Assembly (NCBI GenBank): GCA_947454235.1 | Contig: CANGIY010000019.1 | Span: forward strand, 627-64,626 | Length of the DNA stretch: 64,000 nt | Origin: Chitinophagaceae bacterium | Lineage (GTDB): Bacteria; Bacteroidota; Bacteroidia; Chitinophagales; Chitinophagaceae | Reading direction: 5' to 3' | Part shown: positions 18,896 through 28,945 of the stretch, one piece after another | Position numbering within the stretch: position 1 is the first letter of the stretch | How the letters are laid out: every line of letters begins with the position of its first letter | Made by a program: the position numbers and the translations under genes | The notes under the pieces: model-generated | Told to the model about the DNA's origin: nothing | What the model saw: only the letters and a program-made list of their open reading frames with translations | Database searches by the model: none

Positions 18896-19705
18896 GTGAA
18901 CCGAATAATTACATACACAACCGACTGGGGGAGGGCACATGCGAACATGGGGTTGCTAAAGCTTGGTGTTCATCAAAAAATTCCTTCGCACCAACCAATT
19001 GATTTTTCATTATCAGTGAGTGATGGAGACGTACTGCATGCTGCTCAATTAATTAAGGATGGCGGTCAGTTTTTACCTGAGGGTGTTGTACATATTATAC
19101 TGGTAGGTGTGTTTAAAGCGACGGGCATCAGATTGGTGTTTGTGAAACATGCCGAACAATACTACATATTGCCCGACAATGGTTTGATTTACCTGCTTTT
19201 TGGTGGCACACCAGATTTAATAATTGACGCATTTCTCACTAGTGAGAGAATCAGTTTTGGCGATATTGAATGTTTTGTTGAAAAATCAATTCAACATATC
19301 GAATCGGGATTGGAAGACGGAACAATTGACATGCAAGTTGAGGAAAAGCGTATAGTTCAGGTGCGAAAGAGCGACAACCGAATCGATTGTAATGTCATCG
19401 ATGTTGATAGATTCGGGAACATAACTTTGAATATCGATTTTAGCACTTTTAGTAACGCAGTAGCGGGGAAAGAATTTAAAGTTGAGGTTCCCAAGGAGTC
19501 ATCAGTCAACCAAAGTGGTAATTTCTACAAGGTGACGTCGGTGACACACAGTTATTCAGTTGACGAACCCTTATTCCTGCGAGTAAAGAGAAACGGATTA
19601 CTGGAGCTAGGCTTGTTTAAGAAGAGCCTTATTGCCAGGTTTGACTACGATGCCGGCAACCGAAGAAATTTGACTAATATTCAAATATCATTTTTTCTTA
19701 GCTGA
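18896..19705 (+). CDS. SAM hydrolase / SAM-dependent halogenase family (DUF62) protein, divergent
   Basis: GTG start. The TTDWG (cf. TDFG), LPDNGL and VIDVDRFGNITLNI motifs of the family are present. The usual DPGVG segment is not recognisable. Confidence 0.55.
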   Translation: MNRIITYTTDWGRAHANMGLLKLGVHQKIPSHQPIDFSLSVSDGDVLHAAQLIKDGGQFLPEGVVHIILVGVFKATGIRLVFVKHAEQYYILPDNGLIYLLFGGTPDLIIDAFLTSERISFGDIECFVEKSIQHIESGLEDGTIDMQVEEKRIVQVRKSDNRIDCNVIDVDRFGNITLNIDFSTFSNAVAGKEFKVEVPKESSVNQSGNFYKVTSVTHSYSVDEPLFLRVKRNGLLELGLFKKSLIARFDYDAGNRRNLTNIQISFFLS

Positions 19706-20320
19706 TACAACTATTTTTTTTGGAGGTTGTATTGTCGCAGGTACTTCTAAATATACCGTCACAGTATTCTCCATTTCTGATCTATCGCCCAAGTCGAAAT
19801 CAGTTCGGTTGAATTCCAGTGCTCCACGGAAAAGCATTTTGTTTTCGCCTGTTTTTTCAGTGGTGAATAGCAATTTTACCTTCTTAGTGTATTCTTTAAT
19901 CGTTAAGTCGGCAGCCATTTCAAAAATTGGCGCAGTTTTACTGATTCTTTTTATGCCGGTTGACTTTAATTTTATTTTAGGAAAGTTTTTTACAAAAAGG
20001 TAGGGTGATGTTTTGATTCGAATGTCGCCTGTGTTGTCTCCGGTTTTTACTGATGCTGCCTGAACCGTCATGTCAAATGAACCATTTTCAGGATTATCAG
20101 TTGAAAACTCAATTTTGCCCTGTAACCCTTTTACAAATCCTTGAATAGTTGTTCCCTTTTGCTTTTCAATAAAAATCTTGAACCTTATGACAGCATTTTT
20201 TGCATCAGGTATGTATGTTTGGGCTGCCAATGGCTGCCACAAACATAAGAATGTGAAAAAGAAGAATGCCGGAACAGTAAGTCTTTTCCGGCATTCCATT
20301 ATCGAAAATAGCGTTTTCAT
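19688..20320 (-). CDS. YceI-like periplasmic protein
   Basis: Signal peptide and the YceI-type pattern IRFKI..., GFVKGLQGKIEFSTDNPENGSFDMTVQAASVKTGDN. Confidence 0.65.
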   Translation of the reverse strand: MKTLFSIMECRKRLTVPAFFFFTFLCLWQPLAAQTYIPDAKNAVIRFKIFIEKQKGTTIQGFVKGLQGKIEFSTDNPENGSFDMTVQAASVKTGDNTGDIRIKTSPYLFVKNFPKIKLKSTGIKRISKTAPIFEMAADLTIKEYTKKVKLLFTTEKTGENKMLFRGALEFNRTDFDLGDRSEMENTVTVYLEVPATIQPPKKIVVSAKKK

Positions 20321-20321
20321 T

Positions 20322-21305
20322 TTAGATTTTAGCCAACGAACCTTTTAGGAAATCGATTACTTTCACTTCAGTTGCGTCAAGTTCTCTTATTTCTGCCAAA
20401 ATAACAGAAACCCAGTCAGTTAAGTGAATCAAATAAAAAGCGCGTTCGAAGTAACTGTCGCCTTTTGACTCTATTTCAAAAATGTTTTTTGTGTATTTTT
20501 TGAACACCGCTTTGTTAATATCAATGCGGGCATTGACACGCGCATAGTCGTCGCTGTTTCTAAAAATAATAACTGCTTTATCTTCAGCATTATCGCGCCA
20601 GCCAACTAATTCATTGTGGTTCATTTCAGGAATTACTGCGTGCCAACACAACAATTTGCTATTTTCATTTATTTGTTGGCGAAAGCGAATTGCTACACCT
20701 TCATACGCAGGGCTGGAATATATAATAGGTAGCTTGCCTGAAATTTTCTTGCTCAGTGATTTTGCACTTTTAATAATGTCTTTCTGACCTTCATCGAGCA
20801 GTTTGATAGAAGCTTGAATTTGTGCAACAAATTCAAGCCCAATTAGTTTGAAATGCGCCAACGCAAATAAGATTTGCACCATGCTGTAGCCAAGACATGA
20901 GCGCGGTGGCATACCAGATGGAACCAATATGCAGTCTAATTTATTATCTTTTGCTATTTCTCCAATTTTTCCACCTGAAGTGATACAAACAATAGTTGCA
21001 CCTGCATTGAGTGCGGCATCCATTGCTTCCAAAGTTTCTTCAGTATTACCTGAATAAGAGCAAACGATTACTAGTGTTTTTTCATTCACGAAGGCAGGAA
21101 GAAAGTAATCCTTATTCACAACCAACGGAACTGATATCAAATTGAAACAAAAATTCTGTACAATTGATCCTCCAATTCCACTGCCACCTAATCCGGTTAT
21201 CACGACATTTTGAAACTTTTTTGAAGTCGATTTAAATTTATATCCAATTCCTATCTTTAACGCTTCATCCAACTGTTTCGGGAAAGCCTCTACGAGTTTT
21301 TTCAT
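20322..21305 (-). CDS. bifunctional phosphoglucose/phosphomannose isomerase (SIS family)
   Basis: ITGLGGSGIGG and VCSYSGNTEET SIS motifs. 327 aa. Confidence 0.7.
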   Translation of the reverse strand: MKKLVEAFPKQLDEALKIGIGYKFKSTSKKFQNVVITGLGGSGIGGSIVQNFCFNLISVPLVVNKDYFLPAFVNEKTLVIVCSYSGNTEETLEAMDAALNAGATIVCITSGGKIGEIAKDNKLDCILVPSGMPPRSCLGYSMVQILFALAHFKLIGLEFVAQIQASIKLLDEGQKDIIKSAKSLSKKISGKLPIIYSSPAYEGVAIRFRQQINENSKLLCWHAVIPEMNHNELVGWRDNAEDKAVIIFRNSDDYARVNARIDINKAVFKKYTKNIFEIESKGDSYFERAFYLIHLTDWVSVILAEIRELDATEVKVIDFLKGSLAKI

Positions 21306-21320
21306 GCAAATACAATTTCA

Positions 21321-21674
21321 ATGTCCAAACATAGTAAAATCGGAGAACAAGGAGAATTAATTGCCTCGGACTTTTTAGAAAAGAAAGGTTATAAGCTACT
21401 TTTTAGGAATTGGAGGGCTGGAAAAAAGGAGATTGACCTAATTATGCTCGAAGGAGATACTGCAATTTTTGTTGAAGTAAAGACCCGAAATTCAACCCGA
21501 CTGGCTTTTCCTGAAGAGTTTGTAACAAGCGCCAAGAAGCATAATTTTAAAGTAGCATCTGAATATTTTCTGGCTGAATTCCAAAATATTAAATGGGTGA
21601 GGTTTGATATTATTGGTATAGTTTTAGTTAATGGGGGTATAGAGGAGGTTGTCCACTTTGAAGATGCCTTTTAA
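21321..21674 (+). CDS. yraN: YraN family (UPF0102) endonuclease-like protein
   Basis: GEQGELIASDFLEKKGYKLLFRNWR...EIDLI...FVEVKTR pattern. Confidence 0.85.
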   Translation: MSKHSKIGEQGELIASDFLEKKGYKLLFRNWRAGKKEIDLIMLEGDTAIFVEVKTRNSTRLAFPEEFVTSAKKHNFKVASEYFLAEFQNIKWVRFDIIGIVLVNGGIEEVVHFEDAF

Positions 21675-21965
21675 AAGATAGGTTTTTAGATAAATTTCTT
21701 TAAAAACCTTGCCTGACAAGTATTTGAAGGGAAGGTTTAAATGAGTTTCAAAAATTATCTAAAAAGTTTTGGTGTTTTTGCCGATTTATTTTTCCACAGC
21801 GGCTTTAATTTTTGGTTTATAATTTTTCCATCAAATGTTATTTACTTGAATTTTTCTCCGAAGATTTTCTCTGAATCAAAAAATATTCATAAGTTTATGC
21901 CAAATTTCAAAGTCTGCCTCGATTGGGGTAGCTAAAATCTATTGAAAGAAACACAAAAACTTCAT

Positions 21966-24900
21966 ATGATTATGAAAAAATCTATTTTGCAAAGGCTGTT
22001 CATCCTAACCCTGATGACACTTGCTCCCTATTTCGTGAAAGCGGTGCCGTGTACGCCGAGGTTTTCTTCAGCCTCGTCAACCGGCATGTTCATTATCACC
22101 AACTTCTCTGTTACCGGGTACACGCTATCAATGACAGATGCGTCGAGTGCCGGAGGTACAGGTTATGAAAACCTCTATGCTCGAGATTCGGTTGATTTTA
22201 TGCAGGGTTACACTTATTCTGCCGACATTGCACCGGGTACTTCTGGTTACTACTACTATTATTATTATAACCGTTGTAATGCTACAACCTGGATTGACTT
22301 CAATAACAACGATGTTTTTGAAACCAGCGAATGTGTAGGTTACACCACAACATCATTTAGTTCGTCTACTTCAATGTCATTGACTATGCCAATGACAGCG
22401 GCAGTAGGTGTTCACCGTATGAGGGTTGCATTAATTGATGCAACTATCGGCGCATCGGGTACAGGCATGAACCCATGTGCTGGTACTGGCTACACTTCAG
22501 GTGATGTTAGAGATTACAAAGTGAAAATAGTTGCATTGCCAGCTTGCTCAGGCGCACCTGATGCAGGTATCGCTCGTTCAACAAGAAGTATGGCTTGTCC
22601 TTCTCTGTCTTTCACTTTGATAGATTCAGCTTATACCTTAGCTGCTGGAACCGGGTTCCAATGGCAACGTTCAACAGATGGCGTTACATGGTCAAACATG
22701 ACCGGTGCCACAAATGCTACATATACTACAACTGAAACTGCAGCGTATTACTATCGTATGAAGTACACATGTACTTCTTCAGGTGCATTTGATTCGTCTA
22801 ACAGTGTATTCGTTGATTATTATCCGGTTTGTTATTGCACTCCTTCTTATTTATTCGCATCTACATCATGTAGTACATATCCGTTCAGTATAGCTAACTT
22901 CTTCTTAGTTGGTGAGGCGTCGACGGCAATTCGCGACTCTGCTGCGTGCGATGGCGTTTCTGGTTATTTAGATAGGCACCGCCTTACTTGTAATTTATAT
23001 AGAGGTTCATCTTATACTTCTACTTTAATTACAACAACCGGTACTTCTGCGTATGCAATGTCAGATCAGCTTTTTATCGATTTCAATGATAACGGTAACT
23101 TCGAGACATCAGAAACAGTTGCAGGTTCTGCATCTTATACTGGTACTTCATCAACAAGTTTTGCTGCTACAGCGTACAATTCAATATCTATACCTTTTGG
23201 CGCAGCTACAGGTAACCACAGGTTGCGTGTAGTACAGGTTTATGCTTCCTATGTATCTTATCCTTCTATTAGCTCATGCCCAACAGGTGCATATCCTTAT
23301 TATTATGGTGAGACAAGAGATTATACAGTTAACGTAGTTGCTCCTCCGGCTTGTTCTGGTACTGTAACTGCAGGTTCAGCTAGAAGTTCAGTGCCTATCG
23401 CATGTCCTTCTTTGTCATTCACATTGTCTGACGTAGGTTACACTGTTGCTTCTGGTTTAGTGATTCAGTGGCAACGTTCAACCGATAGCGTTACCTGGTC
23501 AAATATCACAGGTGCAACAAGCACAACTTATACTACAACTGAAACTGCATCTTACTACTACCGCATGTACATTGTTTGTACATCAACTAGTGAAAGCGAT
23601 ACTTCAACAAAAGTATATGTACCATATCTCCCTTATTGCTATTGCACACCTTCATATATGTATGCTTCAACTTCTTGCGGTGGATATTATCCATGGGCAT
23701 TAGGCAAAGTATTCTTTGATGGTGAGTCATCAACTTATATTCGTGACTCAAATGCTTGTACAGGTTCAGGTTACCAAATGTTCTTAAGTTACTCTTGCGA
23801 TTTGATGCGCAGCGTTACTTATAACCCAACGGTTATCACAAGTACCGGTTCACTTTCATCTACTTATGCTATGACGAACCAAATCTGGATTGACTTCTCA
23901 GATAATGGTACTTTTGAAACAAGTGAATCAGTAGGTGGTCGGGTTTATTATTCAGGTAACCCAGCTGTTGCTTATGATACAATTTCTATTCCTACAGCTG
24001 CGGCATTAGGTCGTCACAGAATGCGTGTTGAATTATTATATGCAGGTTACGGTTATTATTGCCCATCGTTGGATCCTTGCCCTACAGGTTCTTATCCTTA
24101 TTATTATGGTGAGGTTAGAGACTACATGGTTAACATCGTTCCATTGCCTGCTTGTTCTGGTACTCCTAGCGCAGGTACGGTGAGTTCTTCTACAGGTTCT
24201 GCTTGCTCTTCTACAAGTTTTACTTTAAGCACAACTGGCTATACTCACGCAACAGGACTTAACTTCCAGTGGCAAAAGTCGACTGATACAGTTACCTGGA
24301 CTAACATTGCTGGTGCAACTAATACTACTTTAACTACTACAACTACTGGTCCTACTTATTACAGAATTTATGTAACATGTACTAGTTCGGGTGGTTCTGA
24401 TACGTCTTACTATGTTTATGTAGGTTATACATCTGCATGTTATTGTACACCTTCATTCATGTATGCGTCTTATTCATGTGCATCAGCTAACTATTCTATC
24501 GGATCGTTTGATATGATTGGTGTTTCTTCTACATCAATTCACGATGCGGCAACATGTAATGGTAGCGGTTACTTAGATAGAACTTCATTGCATTGTGATT
24601 TGATGCAAGGTGGAACTTATATTCCTACTATTGTTTCAAACCGTGTTTCTGTAGGTTCAGCTACTTTGAGTAACCAAATTTGGATAGATTTTAATAATAA
24701 CGGTAACTTCGAAACATCTGAAAGTGTCGCAGGTAAATTTACCTATTCGGGTGCTCCTGCGCGTGCTTATGATACAATCGTTTTACCGCTTACTGCACCT
24801 ACAGGTGTTCATAGGTTGCGTATTGTTCAAAACTATCAGACTTACGCATCTTATCCTTCAATTTCTCCTTGCCCTTCAGGTTCTTATCCATATTACTATG

Positions 24901-27900
24901 GTGAGGCAAGAGATTATATTGTGAACATTACTCCGGCACCTCCTTGTAACTCAGTTTCAACACTTGATGCAGGCACGCCAAGAACAAGTTCTTTTGTTAC
25001 TTGCCCTTCAAGGTCATTTACATTATCTGATTGGGGTTATACATTGGCTAGTGGTTTGAACTTCCAGTGGCAAAAATCTACAGACAGTGTAACATGGTCG
25101 AACATTACAGGTGCCACAAACACAACTTTGACTACAACTCAAACTGGACCAACATGGTATCGTATTTATATCGGTTGTTCAGCTAGTGGTGCAACTGATA
25201 CTTCTGTAACTGTGTTTGTTGCTTGGGAAACTGTTTGTTATTGTACTCCTTCATTCCTTTATGCTGCAACTTCATGTTTCTCATACCCTTGGGGCATTGA
25301 TACTTTGACTTCATACGGTGATTCTGGTACAGCGATTTTAGATTACATCCCTTGTGACGGTTCAGGTTATCAAAACCGCACTGATAGGCAAGTAACGTAC
25401 ATGCAAACGCGTAGTTACTCAATCAATGAAATAAGTTCGATGGCTACCTATACTTATGCCGCAACTAGTCAAATTTGGATCGACTTCAATAATGACGGTG
25501 TGTTTGCAACATCTGAAACTATCGGTGGTACTGCTACTACAGCTTCATCAATGCATATCAACAACATTGATACATTTACTTTAAATACAGCAGCAGCTAC
25601 AGCTGCAGGTGCAGTAGGAATTCATAGAATGCGCATCGTATGGATGTATGGTGCTTATGGAACTTATTATCCTAATATCGATCCGTGTCCAACAGGTAGC
25701 TATCCTTACTACTATGGTGAGGCTAGAGACTACAGAGTTAGAATTATTCCTTTGCCTCCTTGTACTAGTACAGTTGAAGCAGGTTCAGCTATTGCTGACG
25801 TTCGTTCAACTTGTCCATCGTATTCTACTGTGAACTTAGGAGTAACAGGTACTTCAATTGCATCTGGTTTAACTTACCAATGGCAGAAGTCATCTTCAGC
25901 AACTGGTCCATGGACTACAATTGCAGGTGCTACTAACCCTACTTATGCTACAACATCATTGGCTCCTACGTATTTCAGAGTAATGGTATATTGTACTGCT
26001 GCAGGTGGTTATGATTCATCAGCTAACGTATTTATCGATTATCGTAGTTATTGCTATTGTCGTCCGAGCTACGGTTTAGCAAGTGCTACTGTATCTATGG
26101 GCTTCGGCACAATGCCGTTCTTGTTAAGTGGTTATGGTGGAACATTTATTCATGACTCAACTCGTGCTAATACAATTACAAACTACGAGGACAACACTTA
26201 TATGAGTGTAACATTAGGTGCAGGTTCAACTGATACCGCGTTTATTGGTACAACATTTACTTCTGATTCACTTGAAGTACAAGCTTGGATTGACTATAAC
26301 GATAACGGTACGTTCTCTGATTCTGAAATTGTTGGTGGAGCAAGTCGCTTCAGGTCTTCTAGGCAGTTTATGATTAACGTTCCGGTTTGGGCTGATCCAG
26401 GTGCACACAGAATGAGGGTTCTTACACATTGGAGCAGTGGTGGTGTATCTTATCCACACCTTGACCCATGTGCTGCTTACTACACTGTAGGTGATGCTCG
26501 TGATTATACAGCTGTTATTAGGATGACTCCTTGTACAGGTACTCCAACAGCAGGTGCTACTACAGCTACTCGTACTTCCGGTTGTTCTTCAGTTACTGCA
26601 CGTTTGGCATTGACTGGTACTTCATCTCGTCAGTTCAGTTATCAGTGGCAGTCATCAATTGATGGTTACTCATGGTCAAGTATGGCATCTGATACACTTT
26701 CATACGATTCAGTTACAGCAACAAATACTACTTACTATCGTTGTGTAGTTACATGTCCTACAACTGGCTATTCAGATACATCAACTCCTGTGTTGATTAA
26801 CGTTTATCCACTTCCTTCAGCGATTTCTGGTAGTTCTTTTGTATGTTCTGGTCGTACAATTACTTTGACTAACTCAACTACTGGTGGTCATTGGTATTCA
26901 TCAGCTACTTCTGTTGCTACAGTTGATTCTAACTCAGGCGTTGTAGGTGGTGTAGCTTCTGGTACTACTACGATTACTTATATTATGCCTGCTGGCTGCT
27001 ATGTGACTGCAACAGTATTTGTTGACCCAACACCTGGACCAATTTCTGGTGACACTGCGGTTTGCGTTTACGCACACGTTCCTTTGACCAATGCAACAAC
27101 TGGTGGTACTTGGACAAGTTCTAATACGTCAATTGCTACTATCGATGCATCTGGTAATGTTTATGGTGTTTCTCCTGGTTCAGTGGTGATTTCTTATACC
27201 ATTCCTACAGGTTGTACCGGTTCATCACCAATCAGAACTTATAGGATGACAGTTAATCCATTGCCTTCAATCACTGGTACTTTGACTATGTGTAATGGTG
27301 GTTCAATTTCATTGACTGGTGTTCCTGGTTCAGGTTCATGGACTTCACATACTCCAACTATTGCTACAGTTAACTCTGCTGGTACAGTTACTGCACTTAC
27401 GAGTGGTACTGCAATTATCGATTACATTTCTACATTGGGTTGTGCACGTACAACATCAATTACAGTTAACCCTGTGGTTGTTCCTACAGCAGCAATATCG
27501 GCTACTCCTGGCTTGGTTGTTTGTGCCGGTACATCAGTAACGTTTAACTCATCAATTTCTAACGGTGGTTCTACTCCAACATACGTATGGAGCGTGAACG
27601 GTACAATTAGCGGTGGTGCAGCTTCTTACACTTATACTCCGGCTAACGGTGACGTTGTAAGTGTACTTGTATTAAGTAGTGCAACTTGTGCATTGCCTGA
27701 TACAGTTAGAACTTCAGTTACAATGACAGTTAACCCAACAACTCCTCCTACGGTTTCATTATCTACAGGTATGGGTGACACAGTATGTGCTTCAACTCCG
27801 GTTACTTTAACTGCAACTGGTACAACTGCTGGTACTTCTCCGGCTTATGCTTGGTGGGTGAATTCAGTTCCTGTTTCTGGTACTGCTAGTTCTTATACTT

Positions 27901-28844
27901 ACACTCCACGCGATGGTGATGTTATCACAGTTAGGATGATTAGTTCTGCTCCGTGTCTTGCAAATGATACTGCTTATGGTACAATTACATTGACTGTAAG
28001 TCCTTATGTAACTCCAAGTGTATTGTTGACATCATCGGCGGCTAGTTCTACTTCTTGCGAGGGTGTAACTGTAAACTATGTTGCTCATCCTACTAACGGT
28101 GGTACTGCTCCTACTTACTTGTGGACTGTAAATGGTTCTTATGTAGGTGGTGGTTCAACTTACTCTTATGTTCCAGCAAATGGCGACGTAGTTAAGGTTG
28201 TAATGACTTCTAACTTCCCTTGCTTGTCTACAACTACTGATTTTGACCAAACTACAATGACCGTTAATCCTGTTACTTACCCTAGGGGTAGCGTTTCAGT
28301 AACTCCTGGTTACCGTGTTGTTACAGGATCTAGTGCTGCATTTACTTGTACTATTACAAGTGGTGGTGGTGCTTACCCTCACTATCAGTGGACGAAGAAT
28401 AACGTAAACATCGCAGGTGCAACTAACCCTACATACACTGGTGTTGGTGGTAGAGATTTCGCAACAGGCGATACAATCTGCTGTCGCGTAACAAACAGTG
28501 ACCAATGTAGTGGTACTTCAACATTCGATTGTATCGTAATGTCAGTTGGTGCTGCTGGTGTTGACCAAGTTGGTAACGGCACTGCTAACGTTTCAGTTAT
28601 TCCTAACCCTAACAAAGGTACATTCACTGTTAAAGGTGATTTAGGTACAAATGCAAACGGTAACGTATCAGTTGAAATCACTGATATGTTAGGTCAGGTA
28701 GTTGCTACAATTGCTGGTAAAGTTGAAAATGGAAAACTTGACATGCCAATCACATTGAAAAACAATGTTGCTAACGGTATGTACTTGGTGAACATCAAGT
28801 CAGAAACAAGCAGCGTAGTATTCCACTTCATGATTGAGAAATAA
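21966..28844 (+). CDS. giant T9SS-secreted surface protein: 6x(GEVED + Ig-like) modules, 3 Big_2-like Ig domains, 4 PKD-like domains, type-A CTD
   Basis: The 2,300-aa track ORF starts at TTG 21942. ATG 21966 or 21972 precedes the signal peptide KKSILQRLFILTLMTLAPYFVKA. There are six GE(V/A/T)RDY-type motifs. The C-terminal ~85 aa (VIPNPNKGTFTV...MYLVNIKSE...) look like a Por_Secre_tail sorting domain. Confidence 0.85.
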   Translation: MIMKKSILQRLFILTLMTLAPYFVKAVPCTPRFSSASSTGMFIITNFSVTGYTLSMTDASSAGGTGYENLYARDSVDFMQGYTYSADIAPGTSGYYYYYYYNRCNATTWIDFNNNDVFETSECVGYTTTSFSSSTSMSLTMPMTAAVGVHRMRVALIDATIGASGTGMNPCAGTGYTSGDVRDYKVKIVALPACSGAPDAGIARSTRSMACPSLSFTLIDSAYTLAAGTGFQWQRSTDGVTWSNMTGATNATYTTTETAAYYYRMKYTCTSSGAFDSSNSVFVDYYPVCYCTPSYLFASTSCSTYPFSIANFFLVGEASTAIRDSAACDGVSGYLDRHRLTCNLYRGSSYTSTLITTTGTSAYAMSDQLFIDFNDNGNFETSETVAGSASYTGTSSTSFAATAYNSISIPFGAATGNHRLRVVQVYASYVSYPSISSCPTGAYPYYYGETRDYTVNVVAPPACSGTVTAGSARSSVPIACPSLSFTLSDVGYTVASGLVIQWQRSTDSVTWSNITGATSTTYTTTETASYYYRMYIVCTSTSESDTSTKVYVPYLPYCYCTPSYMYASTSCGGYYPWALGKVFFDGESSTYIRDSNACTGSGYQMFLSYSCDLMRSVTYNPTVITSTGSLSSTYAMTNQIWIDFSDNGTFETSESVGGRVYYSGNPAVAYDTISIPTAAALGRHRMRVELLYAGYGYYCPSLDPCPTGSYPYYYGEVRDYMVNIVPLPACSGTPSAGTVSSSTGSACSSTSFTLSTTGYTHATGLNFQWQKSTDTVTWTNIAGATNTTLTTTTTGPTYYRIYVTCTSSGGSDTSYYVYVGYTSACYCTPSFMYASYSCASANYSIGSFDMIGVSSTSIHDAATCNGSGYLDRTSLHCDLMQGGTYIPTIVSNRVSVGSATLSNQIWIDFNNNGNFETSESVAGKFTYSGAPARAYDTIVLPLTAPTGVHRLRIVQNYQTYASYPSISPCPSGSYPYYYGEARDYIVNITPAPPCNSVSTLDAGTPRTSSFVTCPSRSFTLSDWGYTLASGLNFQWQKSTDSVTWSNITGATNTTLTTTQTGPTWYRIYIGCSASGATDTSVTVFVAWETVCYCTPSFLYAATSCFSYPWGIDTLTSYGDSGTAILDYIPCDGSGYQNRTDRQVTYMQTRSYSINEISSMATYTYAATSQIWIDFNNDGVFATSETIGGTATTASSMHINNIDTFTLNTAAATAAGAVGIHRMRIVWMYGAYGTYYPNIDPCPTGSYPYYYGEARDYRVRIIPLPPCTSTVEAGSAIADVRSTCPSYSTVNLGVTGTSIASGLTYQWQKSSSATGPWTTIAGATNPTYATTSLAPTYFRVMVYCTAAGGYDSSANVFIDYRSYCYCRPSYGLASATVSMGFGTMPFLLSGYGGTFIHDSTRANTITNYEDNTYMSVTLGAGSTDTAFIGTTFTSDSLEVQAWIDYNDNGTFSDSEIVGGASRFRSSRQFMINVPVWADPGAHRMRVLTHWSSGGVSYPHLDPCAAYYTVGDARDYTAVIRMTPCTGTPTAGATTATRTSGCSSVTARLALTGTSSRQFSYQWQSSIDGYSWSSMASDTLSYDSVTATNTTYYRCVVTCPTTGYSDTSTPVLINVYPLPSAISGSSFVCSGRTITLTNSTTGGHWYSSATSVATVDSNSGVVGGVASGTTTITYIMPAGCYVTATVFVDPTPGPISGDTAVCVYAHVPLTNATTGGTWTSSNTSIATIDASGNVYGVSPGSVVISYTIPTGCTGSSPIRTYRMTVNPLPSITGTLTMCNGGSISLTGVPGSGSWTSHTPTIATVNSAGTVTALTSGTAIIDYISTLGCARTTSITVNPVVVPTAAISATPGLVVCAGTSVTFNSSISNGGSTPTYVWSVNGTISGGAASYTYTPANGDVVSVLVLSSATCALPDTVRTSVTMTVNPTTPPTVSLSTGMGDTVCASTPVTLTATGTTAGTSPAYAWWVNSVPVSGTASSYTYTPRDGDVITVRMISSAPCLANDTAYGTITLTVSPYVTPSVLLTSSAASSTSCEGVTVNYVAHPTNGGTAPTYLWTVNGSYVGGGSTYSYVPANGDVVKVVMTSNFPCLSTTTDFDQTTMTVNPVTYPRGSVSVTPGYRVVTGSSAAFTCTITSGGGAYPHYQWTKNNVNIAGATNPTYTGVGGRDFATGDTICCRVTNSDQCSGTSTFDCIVMSVGAAGVDQVGNGTANVSVIPNPNKGTFTVKGDLGTNANGNVSVEITDMLGQVVATIAGKVENGKLDMPITLKNNVANGMYLVNIKSETSSVVFHFMIEK
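22050..26805 (+). repeat. six tandem ~750-815-bp coding repeats (modules begin at about 22050, 22830, 23637, 24438, 25236 and 26052)
   Basis: A recurrent C(Y)C(T/R)PS opening, WIDFNNNGxFETSE, HR(M/L)R, PCPTGSYPYYYGE(A/V/T)RDY, then PxCSG...FxWQ(K/R)STDxVTWxNIxGATxxxxTT...YYR. Coordinates were read from the nucleotide positions of the CYCTPS codons. Confidence 0.8.
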
Positions 28845-28870
28845 TTGAAGTTCAATATTTCAAAATAGCA

Positions 28871-28904
28871 AAACAGGCTGCCATCGGCAGCCTGTTTTGA
28901 TTTT
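28871..28904 (+). terminator. intrinsic terminator after the giant gene
   Basis: CAGGCTGCC-ATC-GGCAGCCTG hairpin followed by TTTTGATTTT. Confidence 0.75.
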
Positions 28905-28945
28905 ATTGCAACTGTTTTATTAATAGTATTCGTATTTTTGCGCAA

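Noticed and set aside
22050-26805. Periodic ~800-bp repeats considered as a non-coding array (CRISPR or satellite)
   Set aside because: The period is far too long for CRISPR. The repeats are in frame within one uninterrupted ORF and diverge mainly at the protein-tolerated level, so they are coding domain repeats.
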